Positions 18,736 through 28,948 of a DNA stretch of 64,000 bases are shown here, one piece after another. This DNA comes from an uncultured virus (IMG/VR IMGVR_UViG_2684623068_000003) (Duplodnaviria > Heunggongvirae > Uroviricota > Caudoviricetes): IMG/VR virus record IMGVR_UViG_2684623068_000003. One strand, written 5' to 3'. Under the pieces are notes generated by a model that saw only the letters and a program-made list of their open reading frames with translations, was not told the origin of the DNA and searched no databases. A program made the position numbers and the translations under genes. The first letter of the stretch is position 1, and every line of letters begins with the position of its first letter.

Positions 18736-19168
18736 GAAAGCCGCGCCGGTGTTGCGTAAAAATCCCGATATGCTGCGCCTGTTTGTGGATAACGGGACGA
18801 TTGCGAGCACGCTGGCCGCGACGCTATCGCATGAAAATCTATACACGCTCAATGTGATGGTGACCGATTATTCTGGCGATTTGGATTTGCTCATCGTGCC
18901 GATTAACGCATGGCTGCGTGAAAACCAGCCGGATATCATGACCACGGACGAGGGCAAGCGGAACGGCTTCACCTACTTTGCTGACCTGAATAATCACGAC
19001 AGTATCGATGTGAGTTTTAGCCTGCGCCTCACCGAGCGCGTTATCGTCAAACAGGTAGATAAGGCGCTTCATGTGAAGCACCTCAGTGAGCCACCAATCC
19101 CGCAGCCGGTTGAGCGCCCCATGGCGCTCTATATCAATGGCGAGCTAGTGAGTCAGTGGGATGAATGA
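18701..19168 (+). CDS. R: Tail completion protein gpR
   Basis: MLKPKSLREAL..WLRENQPDIMTT. Confidence 0.94.
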   Translation: MLKPKSLREALEKAAPVLRKNPDMLRLFVDNGTIASTLAATLSHENLYTLNVMVTDYSGDLDLLIVPINAWLRENQPDIMTTDEGKRNGFTYFADLNNHDSIDVSFSLRLTERVIVKQVDKALHVKHLSEPPIPQPVERPMALYINGELVSQWDE

Positions 19169-19610
19169 GCTCAAACAGTTTGAGGAACGGCTCGCGGGGC
19201 TGATTGGCAACCTAACGCCGGTACAGCGCCGCAAAATTGCGGTCGAAGTGGCGAAGCGCTTGCGCAGCAGTCAAAAGCAGCGCATTAAGCAACAAAAAGC
19301 GCCCGACGGCACCCCTTACGCCAGCCGAAAACCGCAACCGGCCAGCGGTAAACGAGGCCGCGTAAAGCACCAGATGTTCGCCAAGCTGCGCACCAATCGC
19401 TTTATGAAAGCGCAAGGCTCAAGCGATGCCGCCGTGGTGGAGTTTGTCGGGCGTGTTCAACGCATGGTTCGGATACATCAAGAGGGTTTAAGCGATAAGC
19501 CGAACCGGTTTAGTCGTGAGGTTAAATACGATGCGCGCCCTCTGTTGGGGTTTAGTGCATCGGATAAGGATATAGTCGAGGAGGTGATGACTGCATTTCT
19601 TAGCGAGTGA
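19161..19610 (+). CDS. S: Tail completion/virion morphogenesis protein gpS
   Basis: QQKAPDGTPYASRK..MFAKLRT..YDARPLLG. Confidence 0.94.
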   Translation: MNELKQFEERLAGLIGNLTPVQRRKIAVEVAKRLRSSQKQRIKQQKAPDGTPYASRKPQPASGKRGRVKHQMFAKLRTNRFMKAQGSSDAAVVEFVGRVQRMVRIHQEGLSDKPNRFSREVKYDARPLLGFSASDKDIVEEVMTAFLSE

Positions 19611-19663
19611 TAGGTTTTAGTCACCAGTATCCAAAAGTTTGCTTGGGGTAAAGTTAACACTAG

Positions 19664-19691
19664 CAGTCCGCTTTGAGCGAGGAGCGGAAGT
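19664..19691 (-). repeat. 28-bp cassette-boundary site, type A (spacer TCGCTC)
   Basis: Minus strand ACTTCCGCTCC-TCGCTC-AAAGCGGACTG; matches 51412-51439 of prophage 2. Confidence 0.85.
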
Positions 19692-19807
19692 TCGCTTTAA
19701 AGGGTAACTAATCCGCTTGTCTGACGATCTCTGAAACAGAGTGAGCCACTTTGCTATGATACTTACACATAGGCCTATGCTATTCATAAGCCTATGAAAA
19801 AAATTAG

Positions 19808-20683
19808 TCAAAAATCTAAATCTACCGCATGATTGGACGGTTGATGCAAATTTTCTGCAGGATGCAAGGAATTCATGTAATCAATTATCTCTTGATTTTG
19901 TAACAAGGCAGAATAAAATGCACTCTGCCAATCTTTTCCAATGTCTGGCTGTGGAATCTCTGATAAACGTTGCTTTAATGCTGTACTCACGTCAAATTTT
20001 GCATTGGCCAATCTTCTCTTCCATTGCCGGAATTCCTTTTTGCTATAATGAATAATTCGTGATTTAATTTTTAATTTTTCCGCATGAATAATCACTCGCC
20101 TTTGGTCATCAGCCTGAGTTTCTATAATTCTTTTTAACTTTACCACTACAGATATATCATTGCTTTCAGTATTTAATGAGACATTCATTGAGAAACGAAA
20201 ATTCTCCAGAAAATTGAAATAAATAGGATGTATAAACATAGCTAAGTTATTTTCATTGCAATAATAATGCTCGCCTTTTACTGGAGCACAGCCTCTACAC
20301 TGAGGTACTAGATTATTAGGGAAAATAGAAAATTCAGGCCATTTTCCTTTAGGGATAAAATGATCTAAAGTGTCAGGAATCATTGGATTTCCACAGTAAG
20401 GGCAAAAGGAAAGTTCGTGTTCATTCCTTCTTTTAAGTAATAATTTGTTTAATTCCTTTGGTGCTTTTTCATAATATTCAATTAATAGATCAGAATGCTG
20501 TAGGAATGCACTCTCAGGTAGCGCATCATTACTAGAATCTATCAGACTATCATATGAACTATAATTATCAGATAGTTCTTCAGCTATAAGTTTAAGTTGT
20601 TGAACATTTTCTTTTTTACTTCCTCTTGCCGCGTCAAGCCATGCGCAAGGCTGATTTTCCATGAGTTCGCCTAAGTATTTCAT
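19808..20683 (-). CDS. HNH endonuclease (PtuB-like)
   Basis: CPYCG..TLDHFIPK..NNLVPQCRGC; translationally coupled to upstream ATPase. Confidence 0.85.
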   Translation of the reverse strand: MKYLGELMENQPCAWLDAARGSKKENVQQLKLIAEELSDNYSSYDSLIDSSNDALPESAFLQHSDLLIEYYEKAPKELNKLLLKRRNEHELSFCPYCGNPMIPDTLDHFIPKGKWPEFSIFPNNLVPQCRGCAPVKGEHYYCNENNLAMFIHPIYFNFLENFRFSMNVSLNTESNDISVVVKLKRIIETQADDQRRVIIHAEKLKIKSRIIHYSKKEFRQWKRRLANAKFDVSTALKQRLSEIPQPDIGKDWQSAFYSALLQNQEIIDYMNSLHPAENLHQPSNHAVDLDF

Positions 20684-22329
20684 TATTCATCCTCAAAAGA
20701 CATCTTGTCATCATCTGATTTTGAAAGTGCATAAGCTAATGCATCATTGCCGATATACCCCTTAATTTCAGAAATAGATGAGCTATCGCGAATGAAATAT
20801 TTATCAATCTCTTTTTGATAAGGCTTGCTTACATATTCATCATCGAATACTTCCGAGACTATTACATCAATTGACTCCCCATATGTTTCAACTGAGGATC
20901 TAAATACTTTGGTGTTCCCTTCAATTTTTCGTAATATAGTTACTGCATCTCTTTCAACTTCACGTGTCAATATTGATGAATGAGTGGCAATTATAGAAAA
21001 AGATTTTGTTTCATCCAAAATGTTCTTGAGCATGTTTATCAAACCAACTTCAAGCTCAGGGTGTAAGTAAAGTTCAGGTTCATCGAGGATTAATAAACTT
21101 TCTTCTTCAAGCTCAGATATTATTGCCGGAATCATATATGTATAAATTTTCTGACCTGAGCTTAGAGGAATTATGGCACCGTTTTTTTTAAAGATTAATC
21201 CTTTTTTTAAATTTATGTTTTCTTTGATGCTATTGATTCTAGTTTTTTCGTTTATGCAAATTTCATCACCACCATTATCCAGTATCGATATTGAATCAAA
21301 GGCTATTGAAATGGATAATGTTTCTTTTAGAAGTTGAAATCTCGTTTTATCATTCCACCAACCGTTTTCTTCATCATAACTTAGTATTTTAATAATTGAT
21401 TCAACGCTTTTTAAAACTGGGTATTCCGGGTCAAAGATTCCATCCTGATTTCTAAACCCTATATAAGAGTATTCATTTACATGTAAACGCTTTCTTTTCA
21501 AGCTTTTTTTGTTAGCTAAAGAGCCTTCCCGTGAATATTTTACCGTTAGCTTGTTGAATATTTCATTTTCTGTATAGAAGTCTTCAAATGGTGAGTGCGC
21601 AATAACTATTAACTTGTGAAAATAAGGTGGGTGCTCTTCACCGTCTGTAACACCTGTTATAACTTCACTTATTCTCTTCAATATATGGGTTTTGCCAACA
21701 CCATTCTTTCCGATTATAAGACAGATATTTGACTTCCCAACCTTTCTGTCCATGTTGAATTTAAAACTAATAGGGTCAAAACTCTCACCGAGGCTTTCAA
21801 TGTTCAGCTCAAATTTAGTTTTAGGATTATATCTCCCCAGTGCTATTTGATATCCTTTTTTCAAAATTGCAGCAGAAGAACTTCCTCTCATTAAACTACC
21901 TGAATATCCACCCCATTCAGAGTATTCGCTTTGATTCCTTAGAAAATATCCAGCATCACATAAAGATTCTAGCAGGGCATCTATTTTCTCTGGTTGAAAT
22001 AGTGAGTTTATCTTTTTATAATAGTCTATATCTTCACCAATCGAAACCAACTTATTTTCAGACAGTACGCCATTAATATTAATAATTTTTAGCTCAATTT
22101 CTTCACCATGTTCTTTAAAGTAAAGTGATGTGTTTTCATTTACTTTGGAAAGCATTTTTATATTGCCAATTTTTATCTTATCAGTATCTCTTACATAATA
22201 TACTTTGAACGTAATGATATATCCGAAGTCATCCCATGGAACTCCATAGTTTGTTCCTATATGATCCTGAAGCAAATGAATTCCAGGATATTTATCAATC
22301 ATTAATGTTTCCGAGTAGTAATAATCCAT
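20683..22329 (-). CDS. ABC/AAA_21-type ATPase (PtuA-like)
   Basis: Walker A GKNGVGKT, signature LSSGQK, Walker B LLILDEPE-LHP, switch IATHS; N-terminal WDDFGY. Confidence 0.88.
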   Translation of the reverse strand: MDYYYSETLMIDKYPGIHLLQDHIGTNYGVPWDDFGYIITFKVYYVRDTDKIKIGNIKMLSKVNENTSLYFKEHGEEIELKIININGVLSENKLVSIGEDIDYYKKINSLFQPEKIDALLESLCDAGYFLRNQSEYSEWGGYSGSLMRGSSSAAILKKGYQIALGRYNPKTKFELNIESLGESFDPISFKFNMDRKVGKSNICLIIGKNGVGKTHILKRISEVITGVTDGEEHPPYFHKLIVIAHSPFEDFYTENEIFNKLTVKYSREGSLANKKSLKRKRLHVNEYSYIGFRNQDGIFDPEYPVLKSVESIIKILSYDEENGWWNDKTRFQLLKETLSISIAFDSISILDNGGDEICINEKTRINSIKENINLKKGLIFKKNGAIIPLSSGQKIYTYMIPAIISELEEESLLILDEPELYLHPELEVGLINMLKNILDETKSFSIIATHSSILTREVERDAVTILRKIEGNTKVFRSSVETYGESIDVIVSEVFDDEYVSKPYQKEIDKYFIRDSSSISEIKGYIGNDALAYALSKSDDDKMSFEDE

Positions 22330-22657
22330 TTTAATTCCTTTGAGTGACTAATTATCAAAAATACTCATGAGAATACATTCATTAAATTGTATACATTCTC
22401 TTAACATAGTATGAGTTTATAGCATCGTTTTTTGAAGCTTAATGCTTTGGTGATTTTCCAATAAAACATACAGCCCCAGATTAATAGATGACGTTAACAC
22501 TCTTAAAACAAAATTTACACTGCGAGGGGAAAATATAACAAAACATTACCATTATGTAAGCCCCTTAGCATAGGTTTATCAGTTTTTTACCACATAATCG
22601 AATAAATATGTGCGTTAGTGAACTATCCATAACTATCAACGCCAAGTGAGATTTACA

Positions 22658-22685
22658 ACGTCCGTTCCTGGCACTAAACAGTCCA
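22658..22685 (+). repeat. 28-bp cassette-boundary site, type B (spacer TGGCAC)
   Basis: ACGTCCGTTCC-TGGCAC-TAAACAGTCCA; matches 44585-44612 (minus) of prophage 2. Confidence 0.85.
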
Positions 22686-22756
22686 TCCCTGTTGTCTGAT
22701 CTCCCATCCTACGCACTCACATTGCCGCTAACCCTCCCTAGCTGCATGCTTTCCCC

Positions 22757-23395
22757 ATGAGCACACAATCCCAACTATCCGAAATCTCGCGCCTACTGCG
22801 CAATCTTATCCGCACCGGTGTCGTGTCCGAAGTCGATGCCGATGGAGCCCTGTGCCGCGTCCAAACCGGTGACATACAAACCGGTTGGATTAACTGGCTG
22901 GCGCGTCGCGCTGGCCGTTCGCGTGACTGGTGGGCTCCGTCGGTGGGGGAACAGGTGTTATTGCTGGCCGTCGGCGGCGAGCTCGATACCGCCTTTGTCC
23001 TGACCGGCATTTACTGCGATGAATTCCCCGCCCCGTCGGCGTCTGCCGATGGTTGGCGCGTCGAGTTTCCTGACGGCGCGGTCATCGAGTACGAGCCCGA
23101 TACCGGCAAACTCAGCGTAAGCGGCATTAAAAGCGCGGATGTGACCGCCTCGGCGTCGGTGGTGGTGACTTGCCCGTCCGTCACCGTGACCGCCAGCCAA
23201 AAAATTATCCTCGATACCCCCGAAGTGGTTTGCACCAACAAGCTGACCACCGGCTCTATCGAGGTGAAAAAAGGCGGCACGATGCGCGGCACCATCGAAC
23301 ACACCGGCAAATTTACCTCCAACGGCGTGCAGGTTGACGATCATGGTCACGGCGGCGTTGAGCGTGGTGGCTCTTGGACGGAGGACACGAAATGA
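22757..23395 (+). CDS. V: Baseplate spike gpV
   Basis: NLIRTGVV..RAGRSRDWWAPSVGEQV..HGHGGV. Confidence 0.95.
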   Translation: MSTQSQLSEISRLLRNLIRTGVVSEVDADGALCRVQTGDIQTGWINWLARRAGRSRDWWAPSVGEQVLLLAVGGELDTAFVLTGIYCDEFPAPSASADGWRVEFPDGAVIEYEPDTGKLSVSGIKSADVTASASVVVTCPSVTVTASQKIILDTPEVVCTNKLTTGSIEVKKGGTMRGTIEHTGKFTSNGVQVDDHGHGGVERGGSWTEDTK

Positions 23396-23739
23396 CGGCG
23401 CGCTATATCGGCATGAGCAGAGACAACGGTCAGCAGCTCGATGACCTCGCGCATATTCGCCAAAGCGTGCGCGATATTCTTATCACACCGGTCGGCACGC
23501 GGGTCATGCGTCGTGAGTATGGATCGCTGTTGTCTGCGCTGATTGACCAACCGCAGAACGCCGCGCTCAACCTGCAAATTATGGCCGCCTGTTACATGGC
23601 GATTTTAAAGTGGGAGCCCCGCGTTAGGCTCACGGCCATCACGTTCGATAACCGGTTTAACGGCGAGATGGTGGTCGATATCACCGGCACGCTGACCGAA
23701 ACCGGCGGCACCTTCTCTCTAAACGTACCTGTGAGTTAA
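23392..23739 (+). CDS. W: Baseplate protein gpW
   Basis: HIRQSVRDILITPVGTRVMRREYGS..WEPRV. Confidence 0.95.
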   Translation: MTARYIGMSRDNGQQLDDLAHIRQSVRDILITPVGTRVMRREYGSLLSALIDQPQNAALNLQIMAACYMAILKWEPRVRLTAITFDNRFNGEMVVDITGTLTETGGTFSLNVPVS

Positions 23740-23742
23740 TCC

Positions 23743-24651
23743 ATGGCAACCATTGACCTAAGCCTGCTCCCCGCGCCCGATGTGGTCGAGGTGCTGGACT
23801 ACGAAAGCATTTTAGCCGAGCGCAAGGCGACGCTGTTGTCGCTGTGTGACGAAAGCCAGCGCGAGGCGGTAGCACGTACCTTACAGCTCGAATCGGATCC
23901 GCTGACCAAGTTGCTCGAAGAAAGCGCTTACCGCGAGGTGATGTGGCGCCAACGGGTGAACGAAGCCGCTCGGGCGAACATGCTGGCCTATGCCACCGGC
24001 GGCGATCTGGATAACCTCGGCGCGAACTATAACGTTGAGCGTCTGGTCATTACGCCCGCCGATACCACCGCGATTCCCCCTCTGGCCGCCGTGCTGGAGT
24101 CCGACAACGATTTTCGGGTACGTATTCAGCAAGCCTTTGAGGGCTTAAGCGTGGCTGGTTCAGTCGGTGCGTATCAATTCCATGGCCGAAGTGCTGACGG
24201 TCGGGTGGCCGACGTATCGGTCATTAGTCCCACACCGGCGTGCGTGACGGTCTCGGTGCTCTCGCGTGAGGGGAACGGCGCGGCCAGCAATGAGTTGATC
24301 CAGATAGTAAACCTCGCGCTTAACGCCGAAGACGTGCGCCCCGTTGCTGACCGTGTGACAGTGCAAAGTGCCGAAATTGTGCCGTATCAGATTGAGGCCG
24401 AGCTCTATCTCTATCCGGGGCCGGAAGTCGAGCCAGTACGCGAAGCCGCTGAGGCCAAACTGAAAACCTACATCACTACTCAGCACCGCCTCGGGCGCGA
24501 CATTCGTAAATCGGCCATCTATGCCGCGCTCCATGTGGAAGGTGTACAACGTGTTGAGCTCGCGCAGCCGGTCGCCGATATCGTGCTCGATGAGACTCAG
24601 GCGTCCTATTGCTCTGATTATGCGATCACCATTGGGGGCGCGGATGAGTGA
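23743..24651 (+). CDS. J: Baseplate protein gpJ
   Basis: IDLSLLPAPDVVE..GLSVAGSVGAY..VRPVADRV. Confidence 0.95.
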   Translation: MATIDLSLLPAPDVVEVLDYESILAERKATLLSLCDESQREAVARTLQLESDPLTKLLEESAYREVMWRQRVNEAARANMLAYATGGDLDNLGANYNVERLVITPADTTAIPPLAAVLESDNDFRVRIQQAFEGLSVAGSVGAYQFHGRSADGRVADVSVISPTPACVTVSVLSREGNGAASNELIQIVNLALNAEDVRPVADRVTVQSAEIVPYQIEAELYLYPGPEVEPVREAAEAKLKTYITTQHRLGRDIRKSAIYAALHVEGVQRVELAQPVADIVLDETQASYCSDYAITIGGADE

Positions 24652-25183
24652 TAACCGCCTGTTACCGGTTGGCTCCTCGCCGCTGGAGGTGGCCGCCGCG
24701 ATTGCCTGCGCTGAGATAGAGCGAACCCCGATACCGCTACGCCAGCTCTGGAACCCGAAAACCTGCCCGGTAAACCTGTTGCCCTATCTGGCGTGGGCGT
24801 TCTCGGTTGACCGCTGGGATGCGACGTGGCCGGAAGAAACCAAGCGCGACGTAATTGCGGCGGCGTATTACATCCACAGCCGCAAAGGCACCATTAGCGC
24901 CGTACGCCGCGTGGTTGAGCCGCTGGGCTACGTGATTAACGTCAATGAGTGGTGGGAGACCAATGACCCGCCCGGCACCTTTCGGCTCGATATTGGCGTA
25001 CTGGAAAGCGGCATCACCGAGGAAATGTATTTCGAGATGGAGCGACTTATCGCGGATGCAAAGCCCGCCAGTCGCCACCTCATCGGACTCAACATTATTC
25101 AAGATATCGCCGGTTATGCCTACACCGGCGTCGCCCTGTACGACGGCGACATTATTACCGTTTACCCTGACCTAGAGAGCTAA
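24644..25183 (+). CDS. I: Tail protein gpI
   Basis: LLPVGSSPLE..LLPYLAWAFSVDRWD. Confidence 0.95.
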   Translation: MSDNRLLPVGSSPLEVAAAIACAEIERTPIPLRQLWNPKTCPVNLLPYLAWAFSVDRWDATWPEETKRDVIAAAYYIHSRKGTISAVRRVVEPLGYVINVNEWWETNDPPGTFRLDIGVLESGITEEMYFEMERLIADAKPASRHLIGLNIIQDIAGYAYTGVALYDGDIITVYPDLES

Positions 25184-25187
25184 CCCG

Positions 25188-27062
25188 ATGGCACAAAAAT
25201 ATAAGGCGGTACTGACCAAAATCGGCGCGGCTAAGATTGCCGCCGCGACCGCTGGCGGGACAAAAATCAACCTCACCCAAATGGCCGTCGGTGACGGTGG
25301 CGGCACGCTGCCCACGCCTGACCCGGCACAAACCAAGCTGATTGCCGAGAAGCACCGCGCCACCCTCAATAAAGTGATCGTCGACCCGAAGCACAAAAAC
25401 TATTTGGTGGCCGAGCTGGTTATCCCGCCGGAGATTGGCGGCTTTTGGATGCGTGAGCTCGGTCTCTATGACGAAGTCGGCGCGCTGATTGCAGTCAGTA
25501 ACATGGCCGAGAGTTACAAGCCGCTGTTATCCGAGGGCTCAGGCCGTGCGCAGACCCTGCGCATGGTGGTGATTGTCAGCGATATGGATACGGTTAACTT
25601 GCTTATCGACAGTTCGACGGTGCTCGCTACACAGGAATACGTCGATGATAAATTGTTGGAGCATGAGCAATCGCGCCGCCATCCTGACGCCACGCTCAAA
25701 GAGAAAGGTTTTACCCAACTGAGCAGCGCCACCAATAGCGACAGCGAGGCGTTTGCAGCTACCCCTAAAGCCGTCAAAGCGGCCTATGACTTGGCAAGTG
25801 GCAAGTACACCGCGCAGGATGCGAGCACGGTTAAAAAAGGGATTGTCCAGCTAAGCAGTGCCACCAATAGCCCCAGTGAGACATTAGCCGCTACGCCGAA
25901 AGCGGTTAAAGCGGCTAATGAAAAAGCGCAAACAGCTGATAACAACGCTGGAAAAGCTAACGATAACGCGAATACGCGCCTTGAAAAAAACAAGAACCTA
26001 GCCGAGCTGACAGATAAGCCCCAAGCACGAAAAAATTTAGAGCTAGGCACAGCAGCAACAAGTAACGTTCAAAAATCAGCAACAGATAACACGGTTAACG
26101 CCGTGCTGACTACTGGTGCGTTTGGGTTGGGTGGAAATTCCATACCAGTTACTACAGCGTCAAATTCTGATTTATCTAAAATGCCCGCAATACCCTTCAA
26201 TGCTATCCGTGAATATAAATCGTCAGATGGCTCGGTATATCTCATCGGGATGAGTGGCATCTCGCCGAGCGGGAATTTAGTTGAATGGTTGGCGCCTGAA
26301 AATGGTTCTGATGGTAAAAAAATAGCCATTAGAAATAAGGATAACCTGTTCATACTTTACCACTCAAAAAACAAACCCACGGCCAGTGATGTTGGTGCTC
26401 TGCCACTGGATGGCGGTACGATGGCCGGTGCGATAAAAGTGTCAAGCACCGGACACGGATCCTTCGCAAGTCAAAATAGTGGGGAAGCACCGATTTTCCA
26501 GCCCATCGATACGGCGCAAACGTCAGAATATTGGCCGATCATTAAGCAAAGATATAAGCAGGCTAATGCAACATGGTCGGCAGGTATGCTAGTTAGCGCA
26601 AATCGATTCCTTGTACATTATCAAGATGCAGCGGGGGGCGATGCGCTGTTTTCCTTCTACAAGGATGGTCAGTTTATCCCCGGAAACTACGCTAACTTTG
26701 ATGCCAAATATCAACCTAAAGGCAATTATCAACCGGCGGGAAATTATGCATTAGTTGGCGCGTCATATACTAAAGCTGAATCCGATAACCGATATTATAC
26801 GAAAGCACAGAGCGATGCAGGTTATGCGGCGCAGTCCTCCGTCTATTCAAAAACAGCCTCTGATGCACGTTATGTCCAAGATATTCGCCAGTCGGGGATT
26901 ATGAATTTGGCTGTGGGGTCTAACGCCAACACGCAAGCCCCCGCCGGTGGTGTAGTGATTGGCGCTATCGTTAACGGCACGTGGGATAACAACGAAATAC
27001 TGAAATACACGTGGTTACAGAAAAACGTAAACGGGACTTGGTTGACCATTGGCCGCGTATGA
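25188..27062 (+). CDS. H: Tail fibre gpH
   Basis: MAVGDGGG..GGFWMRELGL N-domain; QLSSATNS..AATPKAVKAA repeats; YTKAESD-type repeats. Confidence 0.93.
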   Translation: MAQKYKAVLTKIGAAKIAAATAGGTKINLTQMAVGDGGGTLPTPDPAQTKLIAEKHRATLNKVIVDPKHKNYLVAELVIPPEIGGFWMRELGLYDEVGALIAVSNMAESYKPLLSEGSGRAQTLRMVVIVSDMDTVNLLIDSSTVLATQEYVDDKLLEHEQSRRHPDATLKEKGFTQLSSATNSDSEAFAATPKAVKAAYDLASGKYTAQDASTVKKGIVQLSSATNSPSETLAATPKAVKAANEKAQTADNNAGKANDNANTRLEKNKNLAELTDKPQARKNLELGTAATSNVQKSATDNTVNAVLTTGAFGLGGNSIPVTTASNSDLSKMPAIPFNAIREYKSSDGSVYLIGMSGISPSGNLVEWLAPENGSDGKKIAIRNKDNLFILYHSKNKPTASDVGALPLDGGTMAGAIKVSSTGHGSFASQNSGEAPIFQPIDTAQTSEYWPIIKQRYKQANATWSAGMLVSANRFLVHYQDAAGGDALFSFYKDGQFIPGNYANFDAKYQPKGNYQPAGNYALVGASYTKAESDNRYYTKAQSDAGYAAQSSVYSKTASDARYVQDIRQSGIMNLAVGSNANTQAPAGGVVIGAIVNGTWDNNEILKYTWLQKNVNGTWLTIGRV

Positions 27063-27073
27063 GGAATAGAACA

Positions 27074-27610
27074 ATGATCCATTTAAAAAACTTTACTGAA
27101 TATACGCCTGATGCCGGAGAACGTGCCGAGTTGAATGCCGAGTTCTCGGCGCTATTTCTCCGCTCTCAAGGGGGCGTAGATTGGTACGATGCACAGACGC
27201 GCTTCAAGCCAGATACGCTAAAGATCGTGTATGACCAAAGCCGCATCATTGTGGGTTACTCCACCGATGTTTCGACACTGGTGCCTTACCACTGTTCAGT
27301 GGTTGAGATGAGCCTCAGCGCGGTTCCCGATGCGCTGACCGATGACAATACGTGGCAATATTGTGACGGTGAAATCGTCCCTCGTGAGTATACGCCAGCA
27401 GAGCAAACAGCTAAGGCTGAAAGCAAAAAGTTGTCGTGCTTGGCATATGCCACGAACGTAATGGCTCCGCTACAAGATGCGGTTGATTTAGGCATGGCAA
27501 CAGATGAGGAATGCGCGCAGCTCAAAGCATGGAAAACTTACCGCGTGTTACTCAGTCGCATTGATACAGCAAGTGCGCCAGATATTGAATGGCCGCCTCT
27601 CCCCGCCTGA
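27074..27610 (+). CDS. G: Tail fibre assembly chaperone gpG
   Basis: LQDAVDLGMATDEE..WKTYRVLLSRID..IEWP. Confidence 0.92.
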   Translation: MIHLKNFTEYTPDAGERAELNAEFSALFLRSQGGVDWYDAQTRFKPDTLKIVYDQSRIIVGYSTDVSTLVPYHCSVVEMSLSAVPDALTDDNTWQYCDGEIVPREYTPAEQTAKAESKKLSCLAYATNVMAPLQDAVDLGMATDEECAQLKAWKTYRVLLSRIDTASAPDIEWPPLPA

Positions 27611-27627
27611 TTTACCCCGTTTATCTT

Positions 27628-27651
27628 GCCCTCGTTTGAGGGCTTTTTTTT
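27628..27651 (+). terminator. Rho-independent terminator
   Basis: GCCCTC-GTTT-GAGGGC followed by T8. Confidence 0.85.
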
Positions 27652-27657
27652 GCCTGT

Positions 27658-27675
27658 TGTTTCACCGCCGCCACA
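27658..27675 (+). promoter_or_regulatory. Ogr-binding site of late promoter pF
   Basis: TGT-N12-ACA (TGTTTCACCGCCGCCACA) upstream of FI. Confidence 0.75.
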
Positions 27676-27747
27676 AGCCCTATTCCTAGTGAGTTCAGCA
27701 TCTAAACAACACAATAGCCTTGCAACTTTCTCACGGAGTCAAACACG

Positions 27748-28935
27748 ATGCCCGATTTTAAACATGGCGTGCAGGTGCTCGAAATTAACGACGGCACCCG
27801 CGTCATTTCCACCGTTTCAACCGCCATTATTGGCATGGTCTGCACCGCCTCGGATGCAGATGAAAAAATGTTCCCGCTCAATGTGCCGGTGCTGATTACC
27901 GACGTGGTGGCCGCTACCGGTAAAGCCGGAACGAAAGGCACCTTAGCCCCCGCGCTGGCAGCCATCGGCGACCAGTGCAAACCCGTTACCGTCGTGGTGC
28001 GCGTGGCCGAGGGCGAAGGTGATGACGAAGAAGCGATCCAAGCGGCGACCGTTTCCAACATCATCGGCGACGCGGATGAGAACGGCCAATACACCGGCCT
28101 AAAAGCGTTGCTTACCGCGAAAGCCGTCACCGGCGTCAAGCCTCGCATTTTGGGCGTGCCGGGTCTCGATACTAAAGAGGTGGCTGTCGCACTGGCGGCA
28201 GTCTGTCAGCAACTGCGCGCCTTTGGCTATATCAGCGCGTGGGGCTGTAAAACCCTGTCGGATGCGATTAAGTACCGCGACAATTTCAGCCAGCGCGAGC
28301 TGATGCTGATTTGGCCGGACTTCTTGGCATGGAATACCACCACCAACGCCAGCGGCACCGCGTGGGCGACCGCGCGCGCATTAGGTCTGCGCGCCAAGAT
28401 TGACCAAGAGACCGGCTGGCATAAAACCCTGTCCAACGTCGGCGTGAACGGCGTCACAGGAATCAGTGCCTCGGTATTTTGGGATTTACAGGCACCGGGC
28501 ACCGATGCCGACTTACTCAACGAAGCCGGTATTACCACGCTGGTGCGCTCCGATGGTTTCCGCTTTTGGGGCAACCGCTGTTGCTCTGATGACCCGCTGT
28601 TTATGTTTGAGAACTACACCCGCACCGCGCAGGTGCTGGCCGATACCATGGCCGAGGCGCATCAATGGGCGGTAGATAAACCAATGACCGCCACGCTTAT
28701 TCGCGACATTGTCGAGGGTATCAAGGCCAAATTCCGCGAGCTGAAAACTAACGGTTACATCATCGATGCGGATTGCTGGTATGACGAAAGCGCCAACGAT
28801 AAAGAGAGCCTGAAAGCGGGCAAACTCTATATCGATTACGACTACACGCCAGTGCCGCCGCTGGAAAACCTCACCTTACGCCAACGCATCACCGATAAAT
28901 ATCTGGTGAGCTTAGGCTCAACCGCCAACAGCTAA
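27748..28935 (+). CDS. FI: Tail sheath FI
   Basis: [30 protein letters not shown]. Confidence 0.96.
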   Translation: MPDFKHGVQVLEINDGTRVISTVSTAIIGMVCTASDADEKMFPLNVPVLITDVVAATGKAGTKGTLAPALAAIGDQCKPVTVVVRVAEGEGDDEEAIQAATVSNIIGDADENGQYTGLKALLTAKAVTGVKPRILGVPGLDTKEVAVALAAVCQQLRAFGYISAWGCKTLSDAIKYRDNFSQRELMLIWPDFLAWNTTTNASGTAWATARALGLRAKIDQETGWHKTLSNVGVNGVTGISASVFWDLQAPGTDADLLNEAGITTLVRSDGFRFWGNRCCSDDPLFMFENYTRTAQVLADTMAEAHQWAVDKPMTATLIRDIVEGIKAKFRELKTNGYIIDADCWYDESANDKESLKAGKLYIDYDYTPVPPLENLTLRQRITDKYLVSLGSTANS

Positions 28936-28948
28936 GGATTAACCCGCT

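Noticed and set aside
19664..19691. A/B sites as rho-independent terminators or REP elements
   Set aside because: No U-tracts; many copies have broken dyads while the asymmetric spacer is conserved; no REP consensus
19617..19811. 64-aa ORF downstream of HNH
   Set aside because: Runs across the cassette boundary site; no recognisable features
22330..22657. Retron ncRNA upstream of the ATPase-HNH pair
   Set aside because: No reverse transcriptase in the window and no clear a1/a2 inverted repeats
25188..27750. Tail-fibre inversion system or Z/fun-type cargo between G and FI
   Set aside because: No invertase or second fibre segment; the G-FI gap holds only a terminator and the pF promoter
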